Assembly: GCA_028713535.1 (NCBI GenBank)
Contig: JAQTOC010000002.1
Location: forward strand, 9,090 to 73,089
Reading direction: 5' to 3'
DNA: 64,000 nucleotides
Origin: Candidatus Nanoarchaeia archaeon
GTDB taxonomy: Archaea; Nanobdellota; Nanobdellia; SCGC-AAA011-G17; JACPNG01
A program made the position numbers and the translations under genes. Below the pieces are notes generated by a model. The model was given only the letters and a program-made list of their open reading frames with translations, was not told the DNA's origin and made no database searches. Positions 19,245 to 29,426 of the stretch are shown piece by piece. Numbering within the stretch: position 1 is the stretch's first letter; each line of letters starts with the position of its first letter.

Positions 19245-19621
19245 TGATTGATTTTAAAATATATTCCTTAGTTTTAATTAAGGAAAATAATGTAATCTTT
19301 TCTTCTAAAGAATCTGGATTAAAACCCCTAGTTGAGTGTATCACTAAAACTAAAAACCAAAAAGATTGTTTGTTGTATGACAAAGTTATCGGGTTGGCTG
19401 CAGCTAAATTAATTGTTTATTCTAAGATTGTTTCTAGAGTAAAAACTCCTTTAGCTTCAATACCCGCAAAAGAATTTCTGGAAAAAAATAAAATAACGTT
19501 AGAGGCAGAAGATATTATTGAAAACATTCTTGATAAAACTAAAACCAGGATTTGTCCAATGGAAGAAAAATCAAAAGTCTTGAGTCCAGAAAACCTTTTT
19601 TTATCCCTAAGATTAAAATAA
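19241..19621 (+). CDS. hypothetical protein, DUF1893 (TM1506)-like
   Basis: DKVIGLAAAKL resembles the DxVVGKAAA motif of the TM1506 family; overlaps the upstream gene by 4 nt. Confidence 0.3.
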   Translation: MMIDFKIYSLVLIKENNVIFSSKESGLKPLVECITKTKNQKDCLLYDKVIGLAAAKLIVYSKIVSRVKTPLASIPAKEFLEKNKITLEAEDIIENILDKTKTRICPMEEKSKVLSPENLFLSLRLK

Positions 19622-19709
19622 CTCGCTTAACAGGAATTTAATAAGGACTTTACTATATAGTGACAACAGAACAGAAAACTTTATATATAACTGACACTAT
19701 CACGAAGTA

Positions 19710-20168
19710 ATGAAAAAGCCGTTATTTCCTCTGGTATTGGCAATGTTTTTGGTGGTTTTGCCGATAGGGGTGATCTCTTTTGGTAATCCACTCGCCAATG
19801 CCAAAGAAATTAACTCGCCTTCTGACAGGATAAAAATAGATGACCTAACACTTTCTAATGAAAAACTGATAATTAATTATGAAAACATCCATCTTGCCCA
19901 GTTTGAAGACACAAATTCAATGGATCCGGTTTTGGATGACAAATCCATTGGCATCGAGATTGTTCCTGATTATGAAAATGAAATCAATGAAGGAGATATT
20001 GTTGCTTATGAATCAGAATACGGAATAATCATTCATAGGGTAGAAAAAATTTCTTATGATAACGATGGTTGGTACGCAACCATGAAGGGAGATAACAACT
20101 CAGTTTCAGATCCTTACAATGTAAGGTTTGATCAGATAAAATATGTTTTGGTTGGAGTATTATACTAG
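19710..20168 (+). CDS. signal peptidase I, archaeal/ER type (S26B, Sec11-like)
   Basis: N-terminal signal anchor; a SMDP box B with the catalytic Ser, His in IIIHRVEKI, and KGDNN box E. Confidence 0.55.
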   Translation: MKKPLFPLVLAMFLVVLPIGVISFGNPLANAKEINSPSDRIKIDDLTLSNEKLIINYENIHLAQFEDTNSMDPVLDDKSIGIEIVPDYENEINEGDIVAYESEYGIIIHRVEKISYDNDGWYATMKGDNNSVSDPYNVRFDQIKYVLVGVLY

Positions 20169-20177
20169 GAGGAAAAA

Positions 20178-20294
20178 ATGAAAGAAGTCAGATGTCCAAA
20201 CTGTGGAGCCTTGTACTCTTCAGATGAGAATCTTCCACACGAATTAGTATGCACCTGCCACACAAAGATAAAGGTCGCTCAGTTAAAACACTAG
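20178..20294 (+). CDS. small Zn-ribbon protein (38 aa), not in the ORF track
   Basis: Hand translation gives MKEVRCPNCGALYSSDENLPHELVCTCHTKIKVAQLKH*. It has CxxC...CxC, a strong SD (taggaggaaaaaATG), and overlaps the 3' end of the presenilin gene by 12 nt. Confidence 0.4.
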   Translation: MKEVRCPNCGALYSSDENLPHELVCTCHTKIKVAQLKH

Positions 20295-21065
20295 AACCAT
20301 AACCAAGTAGCCTGTCAGGCATCCAGCAGTTAGAAAAGGCATAGCTGGATAAAATTTCTTTCTTTTTGCAAGCATAAGTAAGATTGTTAATGCTATTGCT
20401 GTAAATATTGGGATTATGAACGCGAAATTTCCATACATACCCATAGCAACTCCAGTAAATAATAATGGAAAACCAATGTCCCCTCCGCCAAGAATCGCAT
20501 TGTCTTTCTTGTAAGGAATGAACAAGCCAGCAAACATTTTTGTTTTAGTCTGGAATTTAGCCAGTTCAATCATGTGTTTTGTTTTCCATACTGCAATCAT
20601 GTCGTATATTGAAATTATTAAGAGAATAATTAATGCCCCCCAGATGTTGAGCATCGGGGAAAATATCGCTGCCAGGGAACCATAAATAAATATCTCTGTG
20701 AAATTATGGATATACACATTATTTTTGAAAGTTCTTAAAAGAGTGAATATCAGTGCTAATCCCAGTGCAAATATTTCTGGGACAAAAGCAGAAAATGAAA
20801 TTGACAATGTAATTAAGATACTGATGAAAAACCAGAACCTCCATATACGATATGCCTTGAACTTTGCCAAAATAAAAATAAATATTGAGGCTAAAACCAG
20901 CATAATAAGAACCTCTGCTGCAGAATATGTTGAACTCACCTCTGGCCTTTCCATGTTATAAGGCAGTTCTTCCTGGATAAAATGTTTTGTTACAACTAAA
21001 CCAACAAACTGTGCAGCCAGAAATAATAAAATTAAAATCAAAGTTATTTTCCAATTATGCTTCAT
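20283..21065 (-). CDS. presenilin/signal-peptide-peptidase homolog (A22 intramembrane aspartyl protease)
   Basis: Multi-TM protein with YD (SIYDMIAVW), GxGD (LGGGDIGFP) and PAL-like (PAMPFL) motifs. Confidence 0.8.
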   Translation of the reverse strand: MKHNWKITLILILLFLAAQFVGLVVTKHFIQEELPYNMERPEVSSTYSAAEVLIMLVLASIFIFILAKFKAYRIWRFWFFISILITLSISFSAFVPEIFALGLALIFTLLRTFKNNVYIHNFTEIFIYGSLAAIFSPMLNIWGALIILLIISIYDMIAVWKTKHMIELAKFQTKTKMFAGLFIPYKKDNAILGGGDIGFPLLFTGVAMGMYGNFAFIIPIFTAIALTILLMLAKRKKFYPAMPFLTAGCLTGYLVMVLVF

Positions 21066-21095
21066 AAAAATAAATTGTTTTATTAATTTAAAAGA

Positions 21096-21614
21096 TTATG
21101 GTTCAGTTTGATTCCTGAATATTCCTTTATACCTTGCTTTTCCATCGGTTTTTTCAAAAATGATCTGGCATATTTTGATTCCAGAATTTAATCTTAAAGG
21201 AACCTTGCCCATATTATTCATTTCAAGAACCTGGTAATTGCTGATGCCTGGCTGCAAAAACGAGGCAGATATATGGACCATCAACCCCAGTCTTGCAAAT
21301 CTGCTTCTTCCTTCTAACCAGCCGCAGATGTTTTCAGCCAAGCTTATTTTTTCCTTTGTTATAGCCAAAATAGTTTCATTTGGTTTTATTATTATGGATT
21401 TTTTCTTTGAAAACTTTGTTAGTTTCTTATAATCAATTTTTTCATCTACGTTATATACTTTTCTTGATTTTTTAAAAGTCCTGAACTTGTCATCTAATGT
21501 TAGGTCTATAGAGCCAGGCCCAACATTGTTTTTGTTAAAAGGATTTATTTTTATGTTCCCTTTCTTAATCTCTTTTAGAATTTCCTCTTTTGTTAAGATT
21601 GACATAATCAACAA
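21096..21614 (-). CDS. dcd: dCTP deaminase
   Basis: GPGSIDLTL and GWLEGRSRFARLG motifs of the dCTP deaminase/dUTPase fold; 172 aa. Confidence 0.8.
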   Translation of the reverse strand: MLIMSILTKEEILKEIKKGNIKINPFNKNNVGPGSIDLTLDDKFRTFKKSRKVYNVDEKIDYKKLTKFSKKKSIIIKPNETILAITKEKISLAENICGWLEGRSRFARLGLMVHISASFLQPGISNYQVLEMNNMGKVPLRLNSGIKICQIIFEKTDGKARYKGIFRNQTEP

Positions 21615-21822
21615 TTATATCTTTCTGCTTAAATTCCTTTCTGAATCTTCTTTTTCTTACAAAATACACGACTAACACCAAAACGAAGATTATGACTGCG
21701 ACAGCCATTAAAAATATCCAGATGGCTCCGATTGTTAAAGCAATAACCAAGCTAATCAAAAGTATGAAAGGCAATAACAACAAAAATTTAAAAGTTTTGC
21801 TTAAATCCTTGATGAGTTTCAT
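21565..21822 (-). CDS. small membrane protein (85 aa) between dnaJ and dcd
   Basis: Two predicted TM helices; overlaps dnaJ by 4 nt and dcd by 50 nt. Confidence 0.3.
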   Translation of the reverse strand: MKLIKDLSKTFKFLLLLPFILLISLVIALTIGAIWIFLMAVAVIIFVLVLVVYFVRKRRFRKEFKQKDIIVDYVNLNKRGNSKRD

Positions 21823-22940
21823 TCAAACAGCCTCTTAAAAAAATTTTTCCCAGCTTTTAAGTTCACATCTTCTTCCTTTCCCAGGTCTTCAAACAATTCT
21901 TTCTGTTTTTTATTCAATTTCTTTGGGGTTATTACATTTATCCTTACTAAAATATCCCCTGTCCTTGAGGAGTTTAATTCTGGCATGCCTTTTCCTCTCA
22001 ACCTCATAATTGTTCCAGACTGTATTCCATTAGGAATCTTAATTTCAACTTCTTTTTCAAGAGTGGGAATTTTTACTTTGTCTCCGAGTGCAGCCTGGCT
22101 GAAACTGATTGGAACCTCTAAAATTAAATCGTTTCCCTGTCTCTCAAATATTTCATCATCCTCAACTTCAATGTAAACATAAAGATCTCCTGGTTCTTTT
22201 GAATATTTGTTTGGCTCGCCCTCTCCAGGAATTCTTAATCTTGTTCCAGAGTCAACACCGGTAGGAATTTTTATTTTTAGTTCCTGCTCTTCTTCAATTA
22301 ATCCATTATCACAATGCCTGCATTTTTTAATAATCTCTTCCCCCTCGCCTTTGCATCTTGGGCAGTCTCCAACCTGAGTAAAAATTCCAAATGGAGTTCT
22401 TCTTGTAATCCTTACTCTGCCCTGTCCATTGCACTCGCTGCATTTTTTTAGTTCTTCAGCTCCGGTTCCGTTGCATTTTTCACACAAACTTTCCTTGTTT
22501 AACCTAATTCTTTTCTCAACACCATTGGCTGCCTCTTTCAATGTAATTTCCAAATCATATCTTAGGTCTGTTCCTCTGGCTCTTCTCTTGCCTTTATTCC
22601 CAAAAAACATGTCAAAAATGCTTCCTCCAAAAAAGTCTTCAGAATTATTCCCAAATATTTCTGAGAAAATGTCATCAAAGTTAGCCCCCCTGAATATATC
22701 TTCCTGGCTGTATCTCTGGTCAAATCCAGCATGGCCAAACTGATTATATTGGGATCTTTTTTCTTCGTCACTAAGAACTGCATAAGCTTCAGAAATTTCC
22801 TTGAATTTTTCTTCAGCTCCAGATTCTTTGTTCCTGTCTGGATGAAATTTTAGAGCTAGTTTTTTGTATGCTTTTTTGATGTCTTCCTTGCTAGCACTCT
22901 TGCTTACTCCTAAAACTTCATAATAGTCTTTCTTAGCCAT
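21819..22940 (-). CDS. dnaJ: chaperone DnaJ (Hsp40)
   Basis: J-domain with HPD (KFHPDRN), a G/F region and four CxxCxGxG zinc-finger repeats. Confidence 0.9.
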   Translation of the reverse strand: MAKKDYYEVLGVSKSASKEDIKKAYKKLALKFHPDRNKESGAEEKFKEISEAYAVLSDEEKRSQYNQFGHAGFDQRYSQEDIFRGANFDDIFSEIFGNNSEDFFGGSIFDMFFGNKGKRRARGTDLRYDLEITLKEAANGVEKRIRLNKESLCEKCNGTGAEELKKCSECNGQGRVRITRRTPFGIFTQVGDCPRCKGEGEEIIKKCRHCDNGLIEEEQELKIKIPTGVDSGTRLRIPGEGEPNKYSKEPGDLYVYIEVEDDEIFERQGNDLILEVPISFSQAALGDKVKIPTLEKEVEIKIPNGIQSGTIMRLRGKGMPELNSSRTGDILVRINVITPKKLNKKQKELFEDLGKEEDVNLKAGKNFFKRLFE

Positions 22941-23244
22941 ATAAAATCCCTTCTAATTCAGATTTTAAATCTTCCGGAACGTATTTTTGAGTTATATTGT
23001 AAACTAACTCTCTATCAACCCCATAGTCTTTTACCAATGTTCTTAAGACTTTAACTATGGAGGTTCTTTCAGGATGCGAAGCATTGTTTTTCAAGCCCAA
23101 ATAAGCCCATTGTAATACTACTTTATTACTCAAGTTTATGTCTACTTCTGGATGTGCATCTAAGATTTCAAATAAGGGGCTTTTTTCAGATAAAAAAAGA
23201 GGTCTTAAAACCTCATTAATCTGATTCTCACTCTTTATCGTCAT
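22933..23244 (-). CDS. hypothetical protein inserted between dnaK and dnaJ
   Basis: 103-aa ORF overlapping dnaK by 17 nt and dnaJ by 8 nt. Confidence 0.35.
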   Translation of the reverse strand: MTIKSENQINEVLRPLFLSEKSPLFEILDAHPEVDINLSNKVVLQWAYLGLKNNASHPERTSIVKVLRTLVKDYGVDRELVYNITQKYVPEDLKSELEGILYG

Positions 23245-25054
23245 CTACGACCTCTGCATCAACAACATCGTCTTTGTTTTTCTTCTTTGCTTTTTTGTCT
23301 TTGTTTTCTTTTGGTGCGTTGGCTGCAGCCTGCTGGTACATCTTGACTCCGATTTCTTGGGCTGTCTTTTCAACTTCATGCAGTTTCTTCTTTATTTTTT
23401 CAGTGTCGTCTGTTTTTAATGCATCCTCAAGTTCCTTGATTGCTTTTTCAATTTTTTCCTTTGTTTCTTTGTCTACCTTGTCTCCATATTCCTCAATTAA
23501 CTTGTTTGTTGAATGCACTAATGACTCCGCGTTATTCCTTACTTCAACAGTATCTCTTCTTTTCTTGTCTTCTTCTGCGTTTTTCTCTGCGTCCTTAACC
23601 ATTTTTTCTACATCTTTCTCATCCAGTCTTGAGCCGCCTGTAACTGTAATTTTTTGTTCTTTTCCTGTTGCCAGATCTTTTGCTGAAACATTTACAATCC
23701 CATTTGCGTCAATGTCAAATGTAACTTCAATTTGTGGTATTCCTCTTGGTGCTGGGGGAATCCCCTCCAAATTAAAGCTTCCAAGACTTTTGTTGTCAGC
23801 AGCCATTTCCCTTTCTCCTTGTAATACATTAACTGTCACAGCAGTTTGGTTGTCAGCAGCAGTGCTGAATATCTGGGATTTTCTTGTTGGTATTGTTGTG
23901 TTTCTCTGAATCAATGGAGTTCTTATTCCTCCCAGGGTTTCAATTCCAAGTGTTAATGGAGTAACATCCAATAACAAAATATCTTTTACATCCCCTCCAA
24001 GTATTCCAGCCTGGATTGCTGCTCCCAAAGCAACAGCCTCGTCAGGATGCACAGACTTGTCAGGTTCTTTTCCAGTTATTTCTTTTACAATTTCCTGGAC
24101 CTTTGGAATTCTTGTTGAACCACCAACTAAGATAATCCTGTCAAGATCTTTTGCTTCCAGTTTAGCGTCTTTCAATGCCTGCTTTGTAGGTCCTTTTAAT
24201 TTTTCAAAAATTTCATGGCAAATGCTCTCAAACTTGGCCCTTGTAAGTTTCATTGTTAAATGCTTAGGCCCATTTGAATCCGCAGTAATGAATGGCAGAT
24301 TTATGTCTGTCTGCTGCATAGTGGATAATTCTTTCTTTGCTTTCTCTGCAGCTTCCTTTAATCTCTGCAATGCAGTTGCATCTGCTCTTAGGTCAATCTT
24401 GTGCTCTTTTTTAAATTCCAAAGCAATGTAATCAATTATTGTATCATCAAGGTCATCTCCACCCAATTTATTATTTCCAGATGTGGATTTAACTTCAAAC
24501 ACGCCGTCTCCCAATTCAAGAATTGAAACATCGAATGTTCCACCACCAAAGTCAAAGACTAAAATTGTGTGGTCGTGTTTTTTATCTACACCATAAGCTA
24601 ATGCAGCAGCAGTTGGCTCGTTGACAATTCTTAGTACATTCAAGCCGGCAATTTTTCCAGCATCTTTTGTTGCCTGTCTTTGTGCATCATCAAAATAAGC
24701 AGGAACTGTGATTACAGCATCATTTACCTTAGTTCCTAAATAGGCTTCTGCGTCTGTTTTCATTTTTTGTAGTATCATTGCAGAAATCTGTTCAGGGCTG
24801 TAATGTTTTCCGTCAATGGTTATTTTTTCCCTTTTGCCCATCAATCTTTTGATGGATCTTATAGTATGCTTTGGATTAACTATTGCCTGCCTTCTTGCAG
24901 CATCTCCAACCAAGATTTCATTGTCTTTAATCAAGACTACGCTCGGTGTTATGTTAGAACCTTCTGAATTAGGAATTATTTTTGCCTTGCCAGCTTCCAT
25001 AATAGCAACAGCTGAAAATGTTGTTCCTAGATCAATACCAATTGTTTTACTCAT
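23228..25054 (-). CDS. dnaK: chaperone DnaK (Hsp70)
   Basis: [18 protein letters not shown] and the other Hsp70 signatures; 608 aa. Confidence 0.95.
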   Translation of the reverse strand: MSKTIGIDLGTTFSAVAIMEAGKAKIIPNSEGSNITPSVVLIKDNEILVGDAARRQAIVNPKHTIRSIKRLMGKREKITIDGKHYSPEQISAMILQKMKTDAEAYLGTKVNDAVITVPAYFDDAQRQATKDAGKIAGLNVLRIVNEPTAAALAYGVDKKHDHTILVFDFGGGTFDVSILELGDGVFEVKSTSGNNKLGGDDLDDTIIDYIALEFKKEHKIDLRADATALQRLKEAAEKAKKELSTMQQTDINLPFITADSNGPKHLTMKLTRAKFESICHEIFEKLKGPTKQALKDAKLEAKDLDRIILVGGSTRIPKVQEIVKEITGKEPDKSVHPDEAVALGAAIQAGILGGDVKDILLLDVTPLTLGIETLGGIRTPLIQRNTTIPTRKSQIFSTAADNQTAVTVNVLQGEREMAADNKSLGSFNLEGIPPAPRGIPQIEVTFDIDANGIVNVSAKDLATGKEQKITVTGGSRLDEKDVEKMVKDAEKNAEEDKKRRDTVEVRNNAESLVHSTNKLIEEYGDKVDKETKEKIEKAIKELEDALKTDDTEKIKKKLHEVEKTAQEIGVKMYQQAAANAPKENKDKKAKKKNKDDVVDAEVVDDDKE

Positions 25055-25518
25055 TTTTTTCCTCCCTTGCTAACCTTTACTTTAGCAAACCTTATTACTT
25101 TATCATGAAATTTATACCCAGATTGCAGTTCTTCTGTTACTGTTCCTTCTGGTTTGTCAGAATTTTCCTGCAACAAGGCTTCATGCAGCTCTGGATTAAA
25201 TTTTTCACCCAAAACTTTTATTTTTTGTATGCCTTCTTTTTCAAGAATCTCATTAAATTGGGCATAAATCAATTCAATGCCTTTAATGAAATTCTCCTTG
25301 TCTTTTTGGTTGTTAAATGCTAACTCAAAATTATCAATAACCGGAAGCAACTTAATCATTAATTCTTTATTTCCATAAGTTGCTAGATCTTCTTTCTCTT
25401 TTTCTGTTCTTTTCCTGTAGTTCTCAAATTCTGCCTGCAGTCTTTGTAAGATATCTTTGTATTCGTCAAGCTGTTTTCTTATATCTTCATTGTCTTTATT
25501 CTCTTCTTTCTTTTTCAT
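25051..25518 (-). CDS. grpE: nucleotide exchange factor GrpE
   Basis: Coiled-coil N-terminus and GrpE C-terminal fold; 4-nt overlap with dnaK. Confidence 0.85.
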   Translation of the reverse strand: MKKKEENKDNEDIRKQLDEYKDILQRLQAEFENYRKRTEKEKEDLATYGNKELMIKLLPVIDNFELAFNNQKDKENFIKGIELIYAQFNEILEKEGIQKIKVLGEKFNPELHEALLQENSDKPEGTVTEELQSGYKFHDKVIRFAKVKVSKGGKK

Positions 25519-25538
25519 TTGTTATCACCAAGTTCTTG

Positions 25539-25570
25539 TTGACTTCAAGTCAACGTAGTTTACGTAAACT
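25539..25570. promoter_or_regulatory. two adjacent perfect palindromes in the grpE / regulator divergent promoter
   Basis: TTGACTTCAAGTCAA (25539..25553) and AGTTTACGTAAACT (25557..25570) lie 20 to 50 bp upstream of the grpE start. Confidence 0.45.
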
Positions 25571-25627
25571 AACTTATATTTAAACCTTTGCCAAAACATT
25601 TATAAATAAAAACATTTTTATAATAGA

Positions 25628-26026
25628 ATGCCTACGTTTCACAAGATAACGATTATAAGAACTTCTAAACCCCATAGTCTTGAGCTAAACCAGGAAATAC
25701 AGTGGATATCTCATTCCCTTGGCTTATTTGGCGACAGAGACAAGGAAAAGTCTTGTTTTAGGGTTTTTATTGAATTGGTTAAAAGCAATAAAGAAGACAA
25801 GATGCTATCCAGTGATGAGCTTGCTGAAAGGTCTAACCTATCTAGGGGAACAGTTATACATCATTTAAACAGGTTAATGGACGCAGGGATAGTTCTAAAC
25901 CACAGGAATAGGTACATGCTAAGGGTTAATAATCTTCAATCTTTAATAAACCAGATCCACAGAGAACTTGATGATTACTTTAGAGATCTAAGAAAGATTG
26001 CCGAAGAGATTGACAATAAGATCTAA
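25628..26026 (+). CDS. winged-helix transcriptional regulator, candidate heat-shock regulator
   Basis: wHTH segment LSSDELAERSNLSRGTVIHHLNRLMDAGIV; divergent from grpE-dnaK-dnaJ. Confidence 0.5.
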   Translation: MPTFHKITIIRTSKPHSLELNQEIQWISHSLGLFGDRDKEKSCFRVFIELVKSNKEDKMLSSDELAERSNLSRGTVIHHLNRLMDAGIVLNHRNRYMLRVNNLQSLINQIHRELDDYFRDLRKIAEEIDNKI

Positions 26027-26077
26027 ATTGATGTTACTTTTCCTTTTTCATCTTCTCCCAAGTATATACAAATATAG

Positions 26078-26803
26078 CTACTCAACCAATCCAAACAAGT
26101 AAATAAATACTATCCCCAAAATAAAGAACCCAAAAACAAGCAACGATTTCCTAAAGCTCAACTCTTTCCTTAGCTCAGGAACTAGATCAGAAGCAGAAAT
26201 ATAAATAAAACCGCCAGCAGCAAACGGAATTAAAAACAAGCTTAAGTTACTTGGAAGAAAATATCCAATTAATCCGCCAAGAACAGCAGCCAGAGCAGAA
26301 ACAAAATTCAATAACAACGCCTTGCTTTTTTTAACTCCTGCATAAATCAAAACTCCAAAGTCCCCAATTTCCTGCGGAATCTCATGAAAAATCACAGCTA
26401 TTGTTGTTGTGATTCCTAAAGGGGTATTTACCATAAAGCTTCCGGCAATTATTAACCCATCTATGAAATTATGTATCGAGTCTCCAACCCAACTCATATG
26501 CGCAAAAGTGTGTATATTGCAGTTTTCTTTGTGGCAATGCCTCCAGTGCAGTATTTTTTCAATTAAAAAGAATAAAACAAATCCAATTAAAACAAACAAG
26601 AATACATTCTTTGTTCCTGTTGCAATAGCTTCAGGAATTAAATGCAAAAATGCACCGCCCATCAAAGCGCCAGCAGACAGTGCAACTAGTATTAACAATA
26701 TTTTTTCTAGGACATTATGCTTTAATCCAAGCGTTATAACCCCAATCAATGATATTAAGCTAACAATAAAAGTGCTTAATAATATTAAAATCAAGCTATT
26801 CAT
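26078..26803 (-). CDS. zupT: ZIP-family zinc transporter (ZupT-like)
   Basis: Eight-TM protein with the HEIPQEIGDF signature. Confidence 0.75.
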   Translation of the reverse strand: MNSLILILLSTFIVSLISLIGVITLGLKHNVLEKILLILVALSAGALMGGAFLHLIPEAIATGTKNVFLFVLIGFVLFFLIEKILHWRHCHKENCNIHTFAHMSWVGDSIHNFIDGLIIAGSFMVNTPLGITTTIAVIFHEIPQEIGDFGVLIYAGVKKSKALLLNFVSALAAVLGGLIGYFLPSNLSLFLIPFAAGGFIYISASDLVPELRKELSFRKSLLVFGFFILGIVFIYLFGLVE

Positions 26804-26837
26804 TTTGTTTTAATAAACTATGTTATTATAAATCTTT

Positions 26838-27989
26838 CTAACAAAATTCCTTTATCTCAGATTTAAGAATGCTTTTTTCAATCAGCTCTTCCTTGTTTTT
26901 TATTTTATCCTCAATCCTTTTTATAGTCTCTAGCCTTGCTTTTGTCTCAGGGCTTTTTGCAATCATGAAAGAGCAGCAGTCAGGATATGGCTGTATAGAG
27001 TCCTCATAAGTTCCTATTTTCTTTGCTAGGTCAATAACCTCCTCCTTGTTCGTCCCGATTAACGGGGCAAGAACAGGAATTTCAGAAGCATCATAAATGC
27101 ATCTTAGGTTTTCAATTGTCTGGGATGCAACCTGGCCAACACTGTCTCCAGTAACCATAGCTTTAATTTTTTCTTTTTTAGCAATCTCATTTATTATTTT
27201 TATCATGAATCTTCTGTAAATAATCATTCTGCATTCAGAGTTAACAGTCTTAATTAATTCTTTTTGTATGTCTTCAAAAGGAACAGTATATAGTTTAGAT
27301 TTAATTTGTATTTTTGTTAAGGTCTTAACTAAGTTGTCTATCTTTGATAGAACTCCTTGCTGTATTGTTTTATTGTAGATATGGACAAATACAACCTCGC
27401 AGCCTCTTTTCATCATCAAGAAACTTGCAACAGGGCTGTCAATCCCCCCAGATAAAGAGCAAATGATTCTTGCGCTTGAGCCAACAGGCAGACCACCAAC
27501 CCCTTTGATTTTTTTTGTATAAATAAAAACATCTTTGTTGCAAACATTGACGAATAATTCAATGTCAGGATTTTTTAGGTTGACATTCTTTTTGAGGTTC
27601 TCGCATATAAACTCGCCAAGTATCTCGTTTATTTCCTTGGAGTTTTTTTCAAATCTCTTGTCAGATCTTTTGCAGCTGACCTTGAAACTAGAGAATTTTT
27701 CTTTTCCTAACATCTCAATTGAAACCCTTTTGATTTCCTCAATGTCTAACTTTGTTCTTATGCAGTATGAAAAATAAGCTACTCCAGGAACTTTACTTAG
27801 GATTAATGTGATCTCTGTTTCATTATATTCTTTGTTTAGTTCACATAAAACATAACTATAACCTTTGTAAACTTTTTTTACTTTGTTTCCTAAAGTTTTT
27901 TTTATGTTTTCACTAAGTTGTTTTTCAAAGAAGCTTTTGTTCCTTCCTTTAGTTCCTATCTCACTGTAATGAACAACAATGCAATCCAT
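26838..27989 (-). CDS. thiI: tRNA 4-thiouridine synthase ThiI
   Basis: THUMP-type N-terminus plus PP-loop SGGIDSPVA; 383 aa. Confidence 0.85.
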   Translation of the reverse strand: MDCIVVHYSEIGTKGRNKSFFEKQLSENIKKTLGNKVKKVYKGYSYVLCELNKEYNETEITLILSKVPGVAYFSYCIRTKLDIEEIKRVSIEMLGKEKFSSFKVSCKRSDKRFEKNSKEINEILGEFICENLKKNVNLKNPDIELFVNVCNKDVFIYTKKIKGVGGLPVGSSARIICSLSGGIDSPVASFLMMKRGCEVVFVHIYNKTIQQGVLSKIDNLVKTLTKIQIKSKLYTVPFEDIQKELIKTVNSECRMIIYRRFMIKIINEIAKKEKIKAMVTGDSVGQVASQTIENLRCIYDASEIPVLAPLIGTNKEEVIDLAKKIGTYEDSIQPYPDCCSFMIAKSPETKARLETIKRIEDKIKNKEELIEKSILKSEIKEFC

Positions 27990-28061
27990 AATCTACTCTT
28001 TAATCCTAAATTTAAAAACGTTTCTAGCAAGTTTTATAAGCTATATGCCTTTCTTAAACTT

Positions 28062-28352
28062 ATGGCTCATTATAAGCAGTTATGTGCGATATGCAAAAAA
28101 AACATGGTTCTGATGAGCTTTAGGAAAAAATTTCCAATCTGTGTTGACTGTGAATTAAAGCAGATAGATGGAGAAATTGAGAACCCAAAATTCAAGAAAC
28201 TGTTTGACATTCCAGTAAAGTTTTACAGGGAAAATGATTTTCTGAGGGATATTAAAAAAAAATATTTGATGTATGGCTTTCTGACAGAGAAGCAGATAGC
28301 TGCTTTTAAGAAAACCGTTAAAGAAATGCAAAAGGATTTAAAGAAGGGTTAA
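28062..28352 (+). CDS. hypothetical Zn-ribbon protein (start moved to internal ATG)
   Basis: The track ORF start at 27918 overlaps thiI by 70 nt. From the ATG at 28062 the product begins MAHYKQLCAICKK and carries CxxC...CxxC. Confidence 0.35.
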   Translation: MAHYKQLCAICKKNMVLMSFRKKFPICVDCELKQIDGEIENPKFKKLFDIPVKFYRENDFLRDIKKKYLMYGFLTEKQIAAFKKTVKEMQKDLKKG

Positions 28353-28374
28353 TCCTTAGTTAAGGAGGTGTAAA

Positions 28375-28578
28375 ATGTTAAGTACATCAATGATTATTGT
28401 ATTGGTTATCCTTTGTATCTGGGAACTGATAATGAAGGGTATTGCTTTGTGGAAAGCAGCAAGAAACAGCCAAACACCATGGTACGTTTGTATTTTAATC
28501 TTTAATACCATAGGGATATTGCCACTGGTTTACATACTTTTCTTCTCAAATCCAAAAGGGATTAAGAAGGAAAAATAA
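28375..28578 (+). CDS. small 2-TM membrane protein (67 aa)
   Basis: GGAGG SD (ttaaggaggtgtaaaATG); two hydrophobic helices. Confidence 0.35.
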   Translation: MLSTSMIIVLVILCIWELIMKGIALWKAARNSQTPWYVCILIFNTIGILPLVYILFFSNPKGIKKEK

Positions 28579-28625
28579 ACTGCAGTAACGAAAACAATTT
28601 AAATAAGAAATAATAAAGGTGTAGC

Positions 28626-28877
28626 ATGAAACTTGTAGTTGATATACAGAACGATAGTTTGACAGATTTGGCCAAGGCAATAAAGCTTCTTGAAAAAGCC
28701 AAATACAATAGGGAAAATAACAGGCCTCTTACAGAAGGATTTGAGGATCTTGGGATTAATGCTCCAAAGCAGGCTGCAAGCTCTAGCGCCTCTATGTCTA
28801 AGGCAGCAGAAGCAGCTAAAAAGCAGCAGGAGTTGATGGGCAAAATCGACCTTTCAACATACTTCTCAAAGGGATGA
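28626..28877 (+). CDS. hypothetical protein (83 aa)
   Basis: ORF with an Ala/Ser/Lys-rich low-complexity stretch. Confidence 0.3.
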   Translation: MKLVVDIQNDSLTDLAKAIKLLEKAKYNRENNRPLTEGFEDLGINAPKQAASSSASMSKAAEAAKKQQELMGKIDLSTYFSKG

Positions 28878-29395
28878 AACCTGTAAAACCTAGACCAGTA
28901 AAACTTTTTTGTGGGGTTCTCTACAAAGGAGAAGAGGACATTGAGGCAGCTGTTAAAAAGCTTCAGAAAAAGTTTGGCCCAATCGAACTCATCTCGCCCC
29001 TTTATGATTTTAATTTTACTGATTATTATGAAGAAGAGTTCAGTAATAACTTAAAAAAGAAATTTCTTGTTTTTACTAAATTAATTGACCCAGAAAGTAT
29101 TGCAGACATAAAATTATTCACAAATAAAATCGAACAGAAATATACTAAAAAAGGTAAAAGAATTTTTAATCTTGATCCTGGTTATTTATCACTTGAAAAT
29201 CTGATTTTGCCAAGTGCAAAGCCAAGGCCTCACAGGATTTATCTGAGAAAAGGGATTTATGCAGATCCAGTTTACATATTCACAAAGAACGAGGCCATAG
29301 AATTTAAGCACACATTCCCTGACTTTAAGGAACTTTCTGTTAAGAACTTTTTTGTTGATTTAAGGAAAAAATATCTTGAGCAACTAAAACATTAA
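28874..29395 (+). CDS. hypothetical protein, DUF4416-like (uncertain)
   Basis: 173-aa ORF overlapping the upstream gene by 4 nt; the family assignment is from memory only. Confidence 0.3.
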   Translation: MKPVKPRPVKLFCGVLYKGEEDIEAAVKKLQKKFGPIELISPLYDFNFTDYYEEEFSNNLKKKFLVFTKLIDPESIADIKLFTNKIEQKYTKKGKRIFNLDPGYLSLENLILPSAKPRPHRIYLRKGIYADPVYIFTKNEAIEFKHTFPDFKELSVKNFFVDLRKKYLEQLKH

Positions 29396-29426
29396 CTTTA
29401 AATATCTATTTTTTAGATATTAATTC

